Below are positions 28,576 through 37,828 of a DNA stretch of 64,000 nt, in pieces. How positions within the stretch are numbered: the stretch's first letter is position 1; every line of letters begins with the position of its first letter. The notes below the pieces were generated by a model. It did not search any database. It had not been told where the DNA came from and saw nothing but the letters and a program-made list of their open reading frames with translations. A program made the translations under genes and the position numbers. The DNA is from Fibrobacteria bacterium. Lineage in GTDB: Bacteria > Fibrobacterota > Fibrobacteria > UBA11236 > JADFYW01. The stretch lies in NCBI GenBank assembly GCA_050294405.1, contig JBNKOC010000022.1:13462-77461 (forward strand), in the 5' to 3' direction.

Positions 28576-28703
28576 GGGGATCCTCCAAAGAGATTAGCTT
28601 TTGATTATCCATAAAACTAATAAATTTCCCGCAAGAATGAAAGAACTAATTGGATATAGTTTCCCATACGAATTAATATTCGATTTTATTATTGGATATT
28701 AAT

Positions 28704-29204
28704 TCAAACAATATTATTTAATTTGCGAACCCTGTGCATTCTGCGCCAGATTTTTTTATAGCTCTTAAAGCTATACTCTTCAATTTCCAGTTGGATTTGG
28801 TCGTCTTCCGAAAACACCTCTTTAAGCGCAAATAATCTGCCATTTCCTTCGAAAGAAATATAATTCCCGCTGCCATCTGCAACAGATTTTATCCAAGATA
28901 CGGACGGCAAATATTTAGCCAATATTTCTCTGGTCAGGACTTTTTTTTCCAGCAAATCCAGTTTATGTGTTCGCAACATATTTATGCGTTTCTGAAGTGA
29001 TTCTAAAGCGTTAGGTCTATCAATAACATGAATAGGATAAATTTTATGCAAAGGAACGATTATAAACTTTGTTCCGATTTTTTTCCGATGGATATCCAAA
29101 ACCACCTTAGCCAGCAAAGCATCTTTGATACCTAAATCTTTAGCTTCACTTCGTTTTCCAAGTATGTATTTAAAAAAGGATAATATCTTATGTAAAATTG
29201 GCAT
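28704..29204 (-). CDS. Hypothetical protein, possible ParB/Srx-like fold
   Basis: YISFEGNGRLFAL resembles the ParB/Srx GxxR motif. Confidence 0.45.
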   Translation of the reverse strand: MPILHKILSFFKYILGKRSEAKDLGIKDALLAKVVLDIHRKKIGTKFIIVPLHKIYPIHVIDRPNALESLQKRINMLRTHKLDLLEKKVLTREILAKYLPSVSWIKSVADGSGNYISFEGNGRLFALKEVFSEDDQIQLEIEEYSFKSYKKIWRRMHRVRKLNNIV

Positions 29205-29217
29205 ATTCTCTTTAAAG

Positions 29218-30507
29218 CTAATTAATTACCTGATTGCTTAAATCCAAAAGTTTTTGATTCAATAGTTTTTTTTCGAGTTTGGATTGAGTTAACTTTTCCG
29301 CCTTTTTTAAGTGGGTTATGGCATTGTTGATATCACCAAGCCGTACAAAAATTTCGGATTCTAACGCATGATATAAATAATATGAGTCCAATAATTTATT
29401 ATCTGATATTTTTTGCAATTCCTCTTTTGCTTTTTCTGCTCCGTTATATTCTAAAATTGCGGCGCATTTATTCAATTCTATCAACACAGACGGGGAAACT
29501 TTACCAAGCAATTCATAATATTCAATTATCTTTTGCCAATTCGTTTCTGAGTAATTTTTAGCTTTACAATGTTCATAGGCAATTGCAGCTTCAATATGGT
29601 ATACGCTGAGTTCTTCACCGGAAGCAGATTTATTCAGATATTCCATCCCCATAGTGATTAACCTTGTATCCCAATCATCTCTATTTTGTTGAGCCAATAG
29701 TACCAAATCCCCCCGTGAACTGATTCGCGAATCCAACCTTGCGCTGTGAAAAAGAACCAAAGCCATTAAAGCAGAGGCCTCCGGACTTTTAGTCAATGGA
29801 TTATCCAACAAAACATCCAGCAACCGAATACATTGTGTTATCAAATCTTTTCGAATTAAATCTTCAGAATGAGTGGAGTTATAACCTTCATTAAACATCA
29901 AATAAATACAGCTCAAAATTGTTTTGTTTTTTGACTTTAATTCATTTTTACTTGGAATTTTAGGATAAATATTATTTCCTCTAAAATATTCCTTAGTTCG
30001 GTGCAATCTTTTAGATATGACTTCTTCGGAGGTTAAAAAAGTTTTGGCGATTTCTTTTGTGCTAAATCCACAAAGAGATTTCAATATAAAAGCAACTTGG
30101 TTTATGGGCGTTAACTCGGGATGGCAACAGGCATACATCATGGCCAAAAAATCATCTTTTAGGTTTTTTGTGTCCCAAAATTTTTCCATTGTTACGCTTA
30201 AACTGTACTCGGAATTCAATAACACATGTTCAGAGTCGGAAAAATCGAAGTTGCATTCCGGTCTTTTTTTCCGGATAACATCAATAGCCTTGTTTTTCGC
30301 CACACGATAAAGCCAGGCTTTGGGGTTCTCAGGAATTCCGTGAAACTTCCAACTTTCTAAAGCCGAAAGAAGAGAGTGCTGCACTACATCCTGAGCAAGG
30401 TCATAATGTTCCAGTCCAAAAATTTTAGTCAATACAGAAACCATTATTCCGGACTCTTTCCGGAATAAATGGTTTATTTCAGTATGGACATCGGGATATT
30501 CAGCCAA
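29218..30507 (-). CDS. ECF sigma factor with C-terminal TPR extension (ECF42-like)
   Basis: AQDVVQ..W..G.PENPKAWL..VAKNKAID, CCHPEL, YLMFNEGY, LAQQNR..WD. Probable TTG start at 30507, just after the YCII stop. Confidence 0.9.
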   Translation of the reverse strand: MAEYPDVHTEINHLFRKESGIMVSVLTKIFGLEHYDLAQDVVQHSLLSALESWKFHGIPENPKAWLYRVAKNKAIDVIRKKRPECNFDFSDSEHVLLNSEYSLSVTMEKFWDTKNLKDDFLAMMYACCHPELTPINQVAFILKSLCGFSTKEIAKTFLTSEEVISKRLHRTKEYFRGNNIYPKIPSKNELKSKNKTILSCIYLMFNEGYNSTHSEDLIRKDLITQCIRLLDVLLDNPLTKSPEASALMALVLFHSARLDSRISSRGDLVLLAQQNRDDWDTRLITMGMEYLNKSASGEELSVYHIEAAIAYEHCKAKNYSETNWQKIIEYYELLGKVSPSVLIELNKCAAILEYNGAEKAKEELQKISDNKLLDSYYLYHALESEIFVRLGDINNAITHLKKAEKLTQSKLEKKLLNQKLLDLSNQVIN

Positions 30508-30509
30508 CC

Positions 30510-30854
30510 CTACCCCATGGGACGGATTTCGCGAACTTCTAAGCTGCAATCATGCTCAAAGCCTGGGCAACCTTTTCCTAGTAAAACCGCTTCATCCAGG
30601 TTTTCGGCTTTCATTATTAAGTAGCCCCCCACCATTTCCTTTCCTTCTGCTAACGGGCGGTCCACAATCTTTGTTCCACTCTCAATTAAAGATTTTGCCT
30701 CCGGCATAAGTGGCTGTCCTCCCACTAAATGGCCTTTTTTAGTCAAACCTTCCATCCAGGACTGCCAATCCTGCATATGCTGCTGCATTTCCTCAGGGGA
30801 TTTTTGCGCCAAAGATTCATCTCCGCCTCGGATGATATACATAAATTCTTTCAT
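30510..30854 (-). CDS. YCII/DGPF-family protein
   Basis: DRPLAEGKEMVGGY...A...CP...EVR; the usual ECF42 partner. Confidence 0.9.
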   Translation of the reverse strand: MKEFMYIIRGGDESLAQKSPEEMQQHMQDWQSWMEGLTKKGHLVGGQPLMPEAKSLIESGTKIVDRPLAEGKEMVGGYLIMKAENLDEAVLLGKGCPGFEHDCSLEVREIRPMG

Positions 30855-30909
30855 AATTTGATTCTCCTAATTTTCATTTTTTAAGTTAAAAATTTGTTTC
30901 CATCCTTAA

Positions 30910-30936
30910 GACGGAATTGACCGAAATATTAGGACA
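30910..30936 (-). promoter_or_regulatory. Probable autoregulatory ECF promoter
   Basis: TGTC-N19-CGTC upstream of the YCII-ECF operon, resembling ECF42-type -35/-10 elements. Confidence 0.55.
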
Positions 30937-30994
30937 TTTATTTTTATTTTTTTTAATTAAGCTAAAATGGAATAAAATGGCAGAATGGTTTATT

Positions 30995-31351
30995 TCAGGT
31001 AGCGTCCAGCAATGCATAGCCAGCGTTACCAGGAGAAACAACAGAAATAAATTCAAGCGGTTCAACTCCTGAATTTATGGCTCCGTGCGGCTCCCCCTTC
31101 CGGGCAACCACAACATCCCCTGTTTTTATTTTCTGAATCGAACCATTGGCATCCAAAAAATAATCCCCTCTACCCTTTATAACCGTCCAACTGTCCTGGC
31201 CATATGGATGTGTATGAAGGGGAATATTTTGGCCCGGTTCCAAATGCCAGGCAACGATTACAGCATCGGAACTTTCTGTAATAACTGTCCGGATAGGCTC
31301 CAAATCCGAAACCTTCATAAAATCTGATATTGTATATAACCGCGCTTCCAT
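30995..31351 (-). CDS. Cupin domain protein
   Basis: HTHP.GQD.W...G.G and G.V......PHG..N cupin motifs. Confidence 0.9.
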   Translation of the reverse strand: MEARLYTISDFMKVSDLEPIRTVITESSDAVIVAWHLEPGQNIPLHTHPYGQDSWTVIKGRGDYFLDANGSIQKIKTGDVVVARKGEPHGAINSGVEPLEFISVVSPGNAGYALLDAT

Positions 31352-31453
31352 AATTACCTATTAAAAATAGAATTTTGTTAGCTATTTTTGGAGTTAGGAA
31401 TTTTACTCCTACCACTTCACCCATTAGTGGTAATACGAGCACCCCCTAAATCC

Positions 31454-31467
31454 TTGATCTAAATCAA
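31454..31467. promoter_or_regulatory. FNR/CRP-family binding site
   Basis: Perfect TTGAT-CTAA-ATCAA between the divergent cupin gene and nap operon. Confidence 0.85.
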
Positions 31468-31500
31468 TTTTTTGCCACAAAAATTTAGGTTTTTTGTCAA

Positions 31501-31517
31501 TTTGTCAAAATGACAAA
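31501..31517. promoter_or_regulatory. Palindromic operator of unknown regulator
   Basis: TTTGTCA-AAA-TGACAAA, flanked by additional TTTGTCAA half-sites. Confidence 0.55.
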
Positions 31518-31581
31518 GATATTTTGTCAATATTTGTTGAGGAATGGGCTACATTAAAAATAAATAAAAAAAGAGACTTAA

Positions 31582-31842
31582 ATGAATTTTCAACTATCCA
31601 GTTACATTCTGCATTATAGGCCTGAGCCAAGTTTAATACCTGAAAATTTTTTGCATCAAATTCCCGGAGTTTTTTTTGAACCAGCTACAAACCAAAATAT
31701 TGGTGTCTTAATAGTTGAAGCTGAGTCAGAAGAAGAATTAGACGGCAAAATCGAATCCATTCAAAATTACCCCTGGGTAACCGGATTATTTCTTGTACAC
31801 GCACAGCATGAGGGAGTACCCCCTCAAAGGAGCCACGCATGA
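31582..31842 (+). CDS. napD: NapD-like Tat chaperone
   Basis: Size, position overlapping napA, SSYILH and LIVEAESEEE pattern. Confidence 0.7.
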   Translation: MNFQLSSYILHYRPEPSLIPENFLHQIPGVFFEPATNQNIGVLIVEAESEEELDGKIESIQNYPWVTGLFLVHAQHEGVPPQRSHA

Positions 31843-34157
31843 TATCCACTAATCGCAGAAACTTTTTACGAGGAATGGCCCTTTCTTCAGGAATAGCGAC
31901 TGCAGCCAGCCTTTTCCCGGGAGTAAAATTTGCCAATGCCCAGGAAAATAGCCCAAACTCTTCTGAGGGAAAAGTGACTTGGAAAAAAGCTCCCTGCAGG
32001 TTTTGCGGAGTGGGTTGCGGACTTTTAATTGGACTGGAAAAGGGAAAAGCGGTAGCCGTAAAAGGAGATCCCAGATCTCCGGTAAATAAGGGCCTTTGTT
32101 GTGTTAAAGGCTACCATTCGGTTTTGGCTCTTTATGGCAAAGACCGGCTAAAAAACGCCTGGGTTAAAAAGAATGGAAAAATGGTCCAAACCCCTATTGA
32201 AGAAGCTCTTGATCTGGTCGCAGCAAAAATGAAAGAGACTATCAAACAACATGGAAAGGATTCCGTATCCATGTACGGCTCTGGCCAGTGGACCATTCCC
32301 GACGGATATGTGGCCAGCAAATTTATGAAGGGAGCCATAGGCACAAATAATCTGGAAGCCAATGCCAGATTATGCATGGCAAGTGCGGTTGTTGGGTTTT
32401 TAACCAGCTTCGGACTGGATGAACCCATGGGTTGTTATGAAGATATCGACCATGCAGATGTTTTTATTACCTGGGGCAACAACATGGCCGAAATGCACCC
32501 GGTTTTGTTTTCCAGAATATTAGAACAAAAACAAAACCGCAAAGTCAAACTCATTGACTTTGCCACCAGACACACCCGTACCAGCTTAGCTGCCGATAAA
32601 TCCATACTATTTAAACCTCAAACAGACTTGGCCGTAGCCAATGCCATTTGCTATGAAATTTTAGCCAATGGCTGGGAAAATAAAGACTTTGTGGAAAAAC
32701 ATTGCAGCTTTAAAAAGGGAGCCTTTAACATTGGTTACGGTCTGGAAGACAAGTTTAAGTTTAAGGATAAGCCCAACCCCATAAGCCTCAACGAATACAA
32801 AGATTTTTTAAAAGATTACACACCTGAAAAAGTGGAAAAAATTTCAGGCGTTCGGGCCAAAGATATTAGATATATGGCCAAGCTATATGGCGACCCTAGT
32901 TTAAAAGTAATGTCTTTGTGGTGCATGGGAATGAACCAACACACCCGCGGAACCTGGATAAATAATCTGGTTTACAACATCCATCTATTAGTCGGAAAAA
33001 TATCCCAGCCAGGCAATAGTCCCTTTTCTTTGACGGGCCAGCCCAGCGCCTGCGGAACTGTCCGTGAAGTGGGAACCTTAACCCATAAGTTGCCCCACGG
33101 GGTAGTGATGAAACCAGAAGCACGGGCCTTAGCCGCAAAAATCTGGAAAGTGCCTGAAAGTAACATTGATCCAAAACCCACATACAACACCGTAGAAATG
33201 TTCCGCGCCCTGGATAGAGGAGACATTAAATTTATGTGGATTCAGGTGACCAACCCTATGGTGACCATGCCCAATTTAAACCGCTACCGCAATGGTTCAC
33301 TAAAAGACGACCGCTTTATTGTAGTATCGGATGTGTATCCGACCCCCACTACAGCTGTTGCAGATGTTATTCTCCCCAGCGCCATGTGGATTGAAAGAGA
33401 AGGTATGTATGGAAATTCCGAACGGCGTACCCAACATTTTGAAAAAATGCTGAACCCTCCGGGAGAAGCCATGAGCGATACCTGGCAAATAATTGAAGTT
33501 GCCAGACGCATGGGTTATGGAGAACTATTCCCATATAATGAAGAACACCACATTGAGGAAATTTGGAACGAGTACCGGCAATTTCACGACAACCCCAAAC
33601 ACAACATGGCCCCCTATGAAGTTCTAAAAGAACGATCCGGTGTAATATGGCCCTTTGTTAATGGCCAGGAAACAAAATGGAGATACCACTCAGACAGCGA
33701 TCCAGTGGCTAAAAATGGATTTGATTTTTATGGCAATGCCGATAATAGGGCAAACGTTTTTGTGCGGCCCTATGAAGCTCCGCCTGAAATGCCGGATAAA
33801 GAATATCCATTTTGGTTAAATACCGGCAGGGTAATAGAACATTGGCATACAGGTTCCATGACCCGGCGAGTAGCAGTGCTACACCAGGCAGTGCCCCACT
33901 CTTATGTGGAAATTCACCCTAATGATGCCAAAAAACTGGGGGTAAAAAACGGGGATCAGGTTAAGTTATCCAGCCGCCGGGGAAGCCTTAATTTTCCTGC
34001 CAGTGTGGGTGGCCGGGGCCAGCCCCCAGAGGGACAGGTTTTCGTTCCCTTTTTTGATGAAAGTATGTTAGTGAACGAGTTGACTTTAGACGCCTACTGC
34101 CCCATGTCAGCACAACCCGATTACAAAAAATGCGCGGTTAAAGTGGAAAAGGCTTGA
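31839..34157 (+). CDS. napA: Periplasmic nitrate reductase catalytic subunit
   Basis: Tat NRRNFL, CRFCGVGC, NARLCMASAV, GQPSACGTVREVG, TGRVIEHWHTGSMT, PDYKKCAVK. Confidence 0.97.
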   Translation: MISTNRRNFLRGMALSSGIATAASLFPGVKFANAQENSPNSSEGKVTWKKAPCRFCGVGCGLLIGLEKGKAVAVKGDPRSPVNKGLCCVKGYHSVLALYGKDRLKNAWVKKNGKMVQTPIEEALDLVAAKMKETIKQHGKDSVSMYGSGQWTIPDGYVASKFMKGAIGTNNLEANARLCMASAVVGFLTSFGLDEPMGCYEDIDHADVFITWGNNMAEMHPVLFSRILEQKQNRKVKLIDFATRHTRTSLAADKSILFKPQTDLAVANAICYEILANGWENKDFVEKHCSFKKGAFNIGYGLEDKFKFKDKPNPISLNEYKDFLKDYTPEKVEKISGVRAKDIRYMAKLYGDPSLKVMSLWCMGMNQHTRGTWINNLVYNIHLLVGKISQPGNSPFSLTGQPSACGTVREVGTLTHKLPHGVVMKPEARALAAKIWKVPESNIDPKPTYNTVEMFRALDRGDIKFMWIQVTNPMVTMPNLNRYRNGSLKDDRFIVVSDVYPTPTTAVADVILPSAMWIEREGMYGNSERRTQHFEKMLNPPGEAMSDTWQIIEVARRMGYGELFPYNEEHHIEEIWNEYRQFHDNPKHNMAPYEVLKERSGVIWPFVNGQETKWRYHSDSDPVAKNGFDFYGNADNRANVFVRPYEAPPEMPDKEYPFWLNTGRVIEHWHTGSMTRRVAVLHQAVPHSYVEIHPNDAKKLGVKNGDQVKLSSRRGSLNFPASVGGRGQPPEGQVFVPFFDESMLVNELTLDAYCPMSAQPDYKKCAVKVEKA

Positions 34158-34867
34158 TTATGTCAAAAATACCAAGATCTTTTTTAATCATATTTCCGAC
34201 CCTCATATTTTTCTTTATGTTGGCGGTAATATTTTTCGCCTTGTCCAGCCCCGATACTAGTACAGCACATAACTTAAATCCAACCTTAACATGGAAAGAA
34301 CAAAAAAGGCTACTAAGCGAGGGTGCTCAATACAGCCCCATCAAAAATAATGGAACTGCAGATACAAGCCTTCCCCAAGTGGAAACTCGAAAACTCAGCC
34401 AGTTTTTTTCAAGGAGAGCCTATAATGGGGCCCCACCAATAATCCCTCATCCTGTCAATAACCCTAATGGATTAGGCGAAGGGGATTGTTTAGCCTGCCA
34501 TGAAAAGGGAGGCTATGCACAAAGTTTTAAGGCCTGGGTACCCAAAACGCCCCATCCTCAGTGGAAATATTGCCGCCAATGCCACGCACTTCCCACCAGC
34601 GAGGACCGTTTTGTACCTAGCAACTGGGTCCAATTTTCTCAATTAAGAAAATCCCAACCCGCCTTAAAAGGAAGTCCGCCTCCTATACCTCATGAAATAC
34701 AATATCGGGAAAATTGCTCAAGCTGCCATACCGGAGCAGGAGCGCTTAAAGAAATCCGTACCACCCACCCGGAGCGAGTCCAATGCCGCCAATGCCATGC
34801 TCTGCAAAGTCCACTGGACCCACCTGATTTTGTGTCCGTATTTCAACCAGAGGGGAATATACCATGA
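34154..34867 (+). CDS. Nitrate reductase cytochrome c subunit (NapB-like, four hemes)
   Basis: RAYNGAPPIIPH and GSPPPIPH duplication; four CxxCH motifs (CLACH, CRQCH, CSSCH, CRQCH). Confidence 0.85.
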   Translation: MIMSKIPRSFLIIFPTLIFFFMLAVIFFALSSPDTSTAHNLNPTLTWKEQKRLLSEGAQYSPIKNNGTADTSLPQVETRKLSQFFSRRAYNGAPPIIPHPVNNPNGLGEGDCLACHEKGGYAQSFKAWVPKTPHPQWKYCRQCHALPTSEDRFVPSNWVQFSQLRKSQPALKGSPPPIPHEIQYRENCSSCHTGAGALKEIRTTHPERVQCRQCHALQSPLDPPDFVSVFQPEGNIP

Positions 34868-35481
34868 CAGCTCGTCCCCTTTATCTAGCCCTATTTTCCG
34901 TTTTATATTTATTTTCTTGTAAACAACATCCTGCCGAGCACAAAAACATTAACCATGTTCTCGCTAAAAAGAGCGTTTCCCAAAGCGATCTTCCCAGGGA
35001 ATTCGCAGAACATATTTCCACAAAAGAAACCCATGTACTGAAGGATTCCCTTAAAAATATTGAATTATTAATTGCCAATCGGGAACAAAAGATTTCCAGG
35101 TTTCCATGCTCAGATTGCCATAACCCCGATAAGCAACTTTCTCAATTGGAAAACCCTCATAAAGAAATAATCCTCAATCACGGAAATAATGGCAAGGTTA
35201 CAAGCTGCCAAAATTGCCACGGTGAAAAAACCAATAAAGCAAGCCTTTACTCTCTGGAAGGCGAAAATATTTCTTATAACCATGTTTATGAACTCTGCGG
35301 ACAATGCCATTACAAAGCCCAAAGAGATTGGGTGGGCGGCAGCCACGGGAAAAGATTGTCCGGATGGGGAGAAAAAAGGGTACAACAGAATTGTACCGGA
35401 TGCCACAATCCACACTCCCCTTTGATGCCGCACAAATGGCCGGTAATTCAACCACAATCTCACGAGGTTGCCCATGACTAA
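34864..35481 (+). CDS. Tetraheme cytochrome c lipoprotein
   Basis: Lipobox LFSC; CSDCH, CQNCH, CGQCH, CTGCH. Confidence 0.88.
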   Translation: MTARPLYLALFSVLYLFSCKQHPAEHKNINHVLAKKSVSQSDLPREFAEHISTKETHVLKDSLKNIELLIANREQKISRFPCSDCHNPDKQLSQLENPHKEIILNHGNNGKVTSCQNCHGEKTNKASLYSLEGENISYNHVYELCGQCHYKAQRDWVGGSHGKRLSGWGEKRVQQNCTGCHNPHSPLMPHKWPVIQPQSHEVAHD

Positions 35482-36550
35482 TATACTATCCTCACCCGAT
35501 AAAGATGGAGCCATGGCAAAAAGGGAGCTTTTTAAAAAATGGTTTGGCCATTTATTCCCCGAACTCCCTGGACAAAAGCCGAGCTCAACATGTTCCTGCG
35601 CTGGTTCAACGGACACTTCCTGTCCATCTTCAGAAGAAGTAGAGCTCAATCGCCGCCAGGCTCTGACAACAATGGCCGGTTTTTTAGGGGGGGCTACACT
35701 AACTCTTGCGGCCCCCAATTTGAACGGAGCCACAACCGAAGAAGAAAAAAGCCTCCGTTTTGATGAATATTTCCGGAAAAACTACCGGGAAATGTCCCAA
35801 CAGGAAAAGATGCAAACCATTGAGCGGCTGGAACGTTTATCTCAAATTAAGTACGGCGTCAATGCGCAAATTTCCTCCCAAGAGGCCAAAAAAAATGTTC
35901 TGTTTGGTTACGCCTTTAACATATCCAAATGCAAGGGATACATGGAATGCGTTTCAGCCTGTGTAAAAGAAAATAACCAGGATAGAAACAGCAACTTGCA
36001 ATACATTACTATCCATGAAATGGAAAACGGAAACATGCAGCTCCATAGCAGCAATAAACAAATTGTCCACGAAGTCCCTCTTGATGGCCATTTTTATATG
36101 GGCACCCAATGTTTCCATTGTGAAAATCCGCCTTGTACCAAGGTTTGCCCTGTGGGTGCTACCTGGAAAGAAGAAGATGGAATTGTAGTTGTAGATTACG
36201 ACTGGTGTATTGGTTGCAGGTATTGTGAGGCCGCCTGCCCATATTTTGGCCGCAGATTCAATTGGGCGGAACCTCAAATTCCAAAAGAAGAAATGAATCC
36301 CACACAACATTATCTTGGAAACCGCCCCCGTTCTAAAGGAGTTATGGAAAAATGCACCTTTTGTATCCAGCGCAGCCGGGACGGCAAAAATCCAGCCTGT
36401 GTGGAAGCCTGTCCAACGGGAGCCAGGGTATTCGGAAACCTGCTGGACCCAAATAGTGAAATCAGATACATATTGGAAAATAAAAAAGTTTTCCGCCTCA
36501 AAGAAGAACTCGGAACAGAACCGAAATTTTGGTATTACATGGATGGCTAA
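35468..36550 (+). CDS. NrfC/DmsB-type iron-sulfur protein
   Basis: CFHCENPPCTKVCP, CIGCRYCEAACP, KCTFC..PACVEACP; internal NRRQAL Tat-like motif. Confidence 0.92.
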   Translation: MPMTNILSSPDKDGAMAKRELFKKWFGHLFPELPGQKPSSTCSCAGSTDTSCPSSEEVELNRRQALTTMAGFLGGATLTLAAPNLNGATTEEEKSLRFDEYFRKNYREMSQQEKMQTIERLERLSQIKYGVNAQISSQEAKKNVLFGYAFNISKCKGYMECVSACVKENNQDRNSNLQYITIHEMENGNMQLHSSNKQIVHEVPLDGHFYMGTQCFHCENPPCTKVCPVGATWKEEDGIVVVDYDWCIGCRYCEAACPYFGRRFNWAEPQIPKEEMNPTQHYLGNRPRSKGVMEKCTFCIQRSRDGKNPACVEACPTGARVFGNLLDPNSEIRYILENKKVFRLKEELGTEPKFWYYMDG

Positions 36551-36551
36551 C

Positions 36552-37763
36552 ATGAAAAATATTTTCCACTTTATTAAAGATTCTTTTTTCTATTCACTCA
36601 ATGGAAGTTGGAAATACCATGTATGGATGGGTATTTTATCTGCCATCATGGCATTTGGTTTCTACAATTACCTGATTCAATTACGAGATGGCCTACAGGT
36701 CACCGGAATGAGAGATATTGTGAGCTGGGGGCTTTACATATCCAACTTCACTTTTTTGGTGGGTCTTGCGGCCGCGGCAGTTATGATTGTTTTACCCTCC
36801 TATATTTTAAAGGATGTGTCCTTCCATAGGGCTGTGCTGGTGGGTGAAGGGGTTGCCGTGGGAGCTTTGGTTATGTGTTTAGCTTTTGTTACCGTGGATT
36901 TAGGAAGCCCAGAACGTGTTTGGCATATGATTCCAGGTATAGGGTATTTTAACTGGCCCAATTCCATGCTGACCTGGGATGTATTGGTGCTTAATGGCTA
37001 CCTGGCCTTAAATCTTTTAATACCCGCTTACATATTATTCAGACACTATAATGGAAAAGAACCGGACAAAAAAAAATACCTCCCCTTTGTCATCATATCT
37101 GTTTTTTGGGCCGTAAGCATTCACTTAGTCACCGCTTTTTTATATGCCGGACTTCCTGCCCGACCATATTGGCATAACGCTCTTTTAGGACCCCGCTTTT
37201 TAGCTTCGGCCTTTGCTGCTGGTCCGGCTTTTATTGTGGTGGTTCTGGCTATTATCAATAAATTTACCGATTACAAAATTGGCAAGGAAACATTTGGAAA
37301 ATTATCTCTGGTCATAACCATTGCCGCTCAAATAAATCTGATTATGTTAGGCTCCGAGTTATTTAAGGAATTTTATCATCCCACCGAACACAGCGCCAGC
37401 GCGGCCTATTTATTTTTCGGGCTGGAAGGCCACAATGGCTTGGTGTATTGGATTTGGACAGCCATTATAACAAATATCATCATAACCATTGGCCTTACTA
37501 TACATCCTATTCGCAATAACCCCAAACTCCTTTACTTAGGATCCGGCCTATTGTTTTTAAGCATTTGGGCGGAAAAAGGAATGGGCTTGATTATTCCCGG
37601 TTTTATTCCTGGCCCTTGGGGACAAGTAGTGGATTATTTCCCCAGCCAGGTAGAGATTTCCGTAACTGCGGGCATTTGGGCTTTGGGATTTTTTGTACTA
37701 ACACTGCTTATTCGGATAGCCATTCCCATTGAATTGGGCAAATTGAGAAATCCGGGTTTATAA
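36552..37763 (+). CDS. NrfD/PsrC-family integral membrane quinol-interacting subunit
   Basis: WGLYISNFTF, DLGSPER.W, SIHLVTAFL; about 10 TMs. The ATG at 36552 is preferred over the ORF-track start at 36315. Confidence 0.9.
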   Translation: MKNIFHFIKDSFFYSLNGSWKYHVWMGILSAIMAFGFYNYLIQLRDGLQVTGMRDIVSWGLYISNFTFLVGLAAAAVMIVLPSYILKDVSFHRAVLVGEGVAVGALVMCLAFVTVDLGSPERVWHMIPGIGYFNWPNSMLTWDVLVLNGYLALNLLIPAYILFRHYNGKEPDKKKYLPFVIISVFWAVSIHLVTAFLYAGLPARPYWHNALLGPRFLASAFAAGPAFIVVVLAIINKFTDYKIGKETFGKLSLVITIAAQINLIMLGSELFKEFYHPTEHSASAAYLFFGLEGHNGLVYWIWTAIITNIIITIGLTIHPIRNNPKLLYLGSGLLFLSIWAEKGMGLIIPGFIPGPWGQVVDYFPSQVEISVTAGIWALGFFVLTLLIRIAIPIELGKLRNPGL

Positions 37764-37828
37764 AACGAAAATTTTCTGGATTCTGGTTAAACAAACATGG
37801 GAAACTCAGCTCCCCATGTTTATGACTT

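Noticed and set aside
30508..30549. ORF-track start of the ECF sigma factor
   Set aside because: It overlaps the YCII C-terminus; the TTG at 30507 is more plausible.
36315..36551. N-terminal 79-aa extension of the NrfD ORF
   Set aside because: It overlaps the conserved C-terminus of the Fe-S gene; the ATG at 36552 directly follows that gene's stop.
35110..36553. 207-aa and 199-aa minus-strand ORFs
   Set aside because: Antisense to well-supported cytochrome and Fe-S genes, with no recognisable motifs.
37793..37821. AAACATGGG...CCCATGTTT inverted repeat after the nap operon
   Set aside because: Probably a terminator between convergent genes, but the long loop and weak U-tract made it too uncertain to list.
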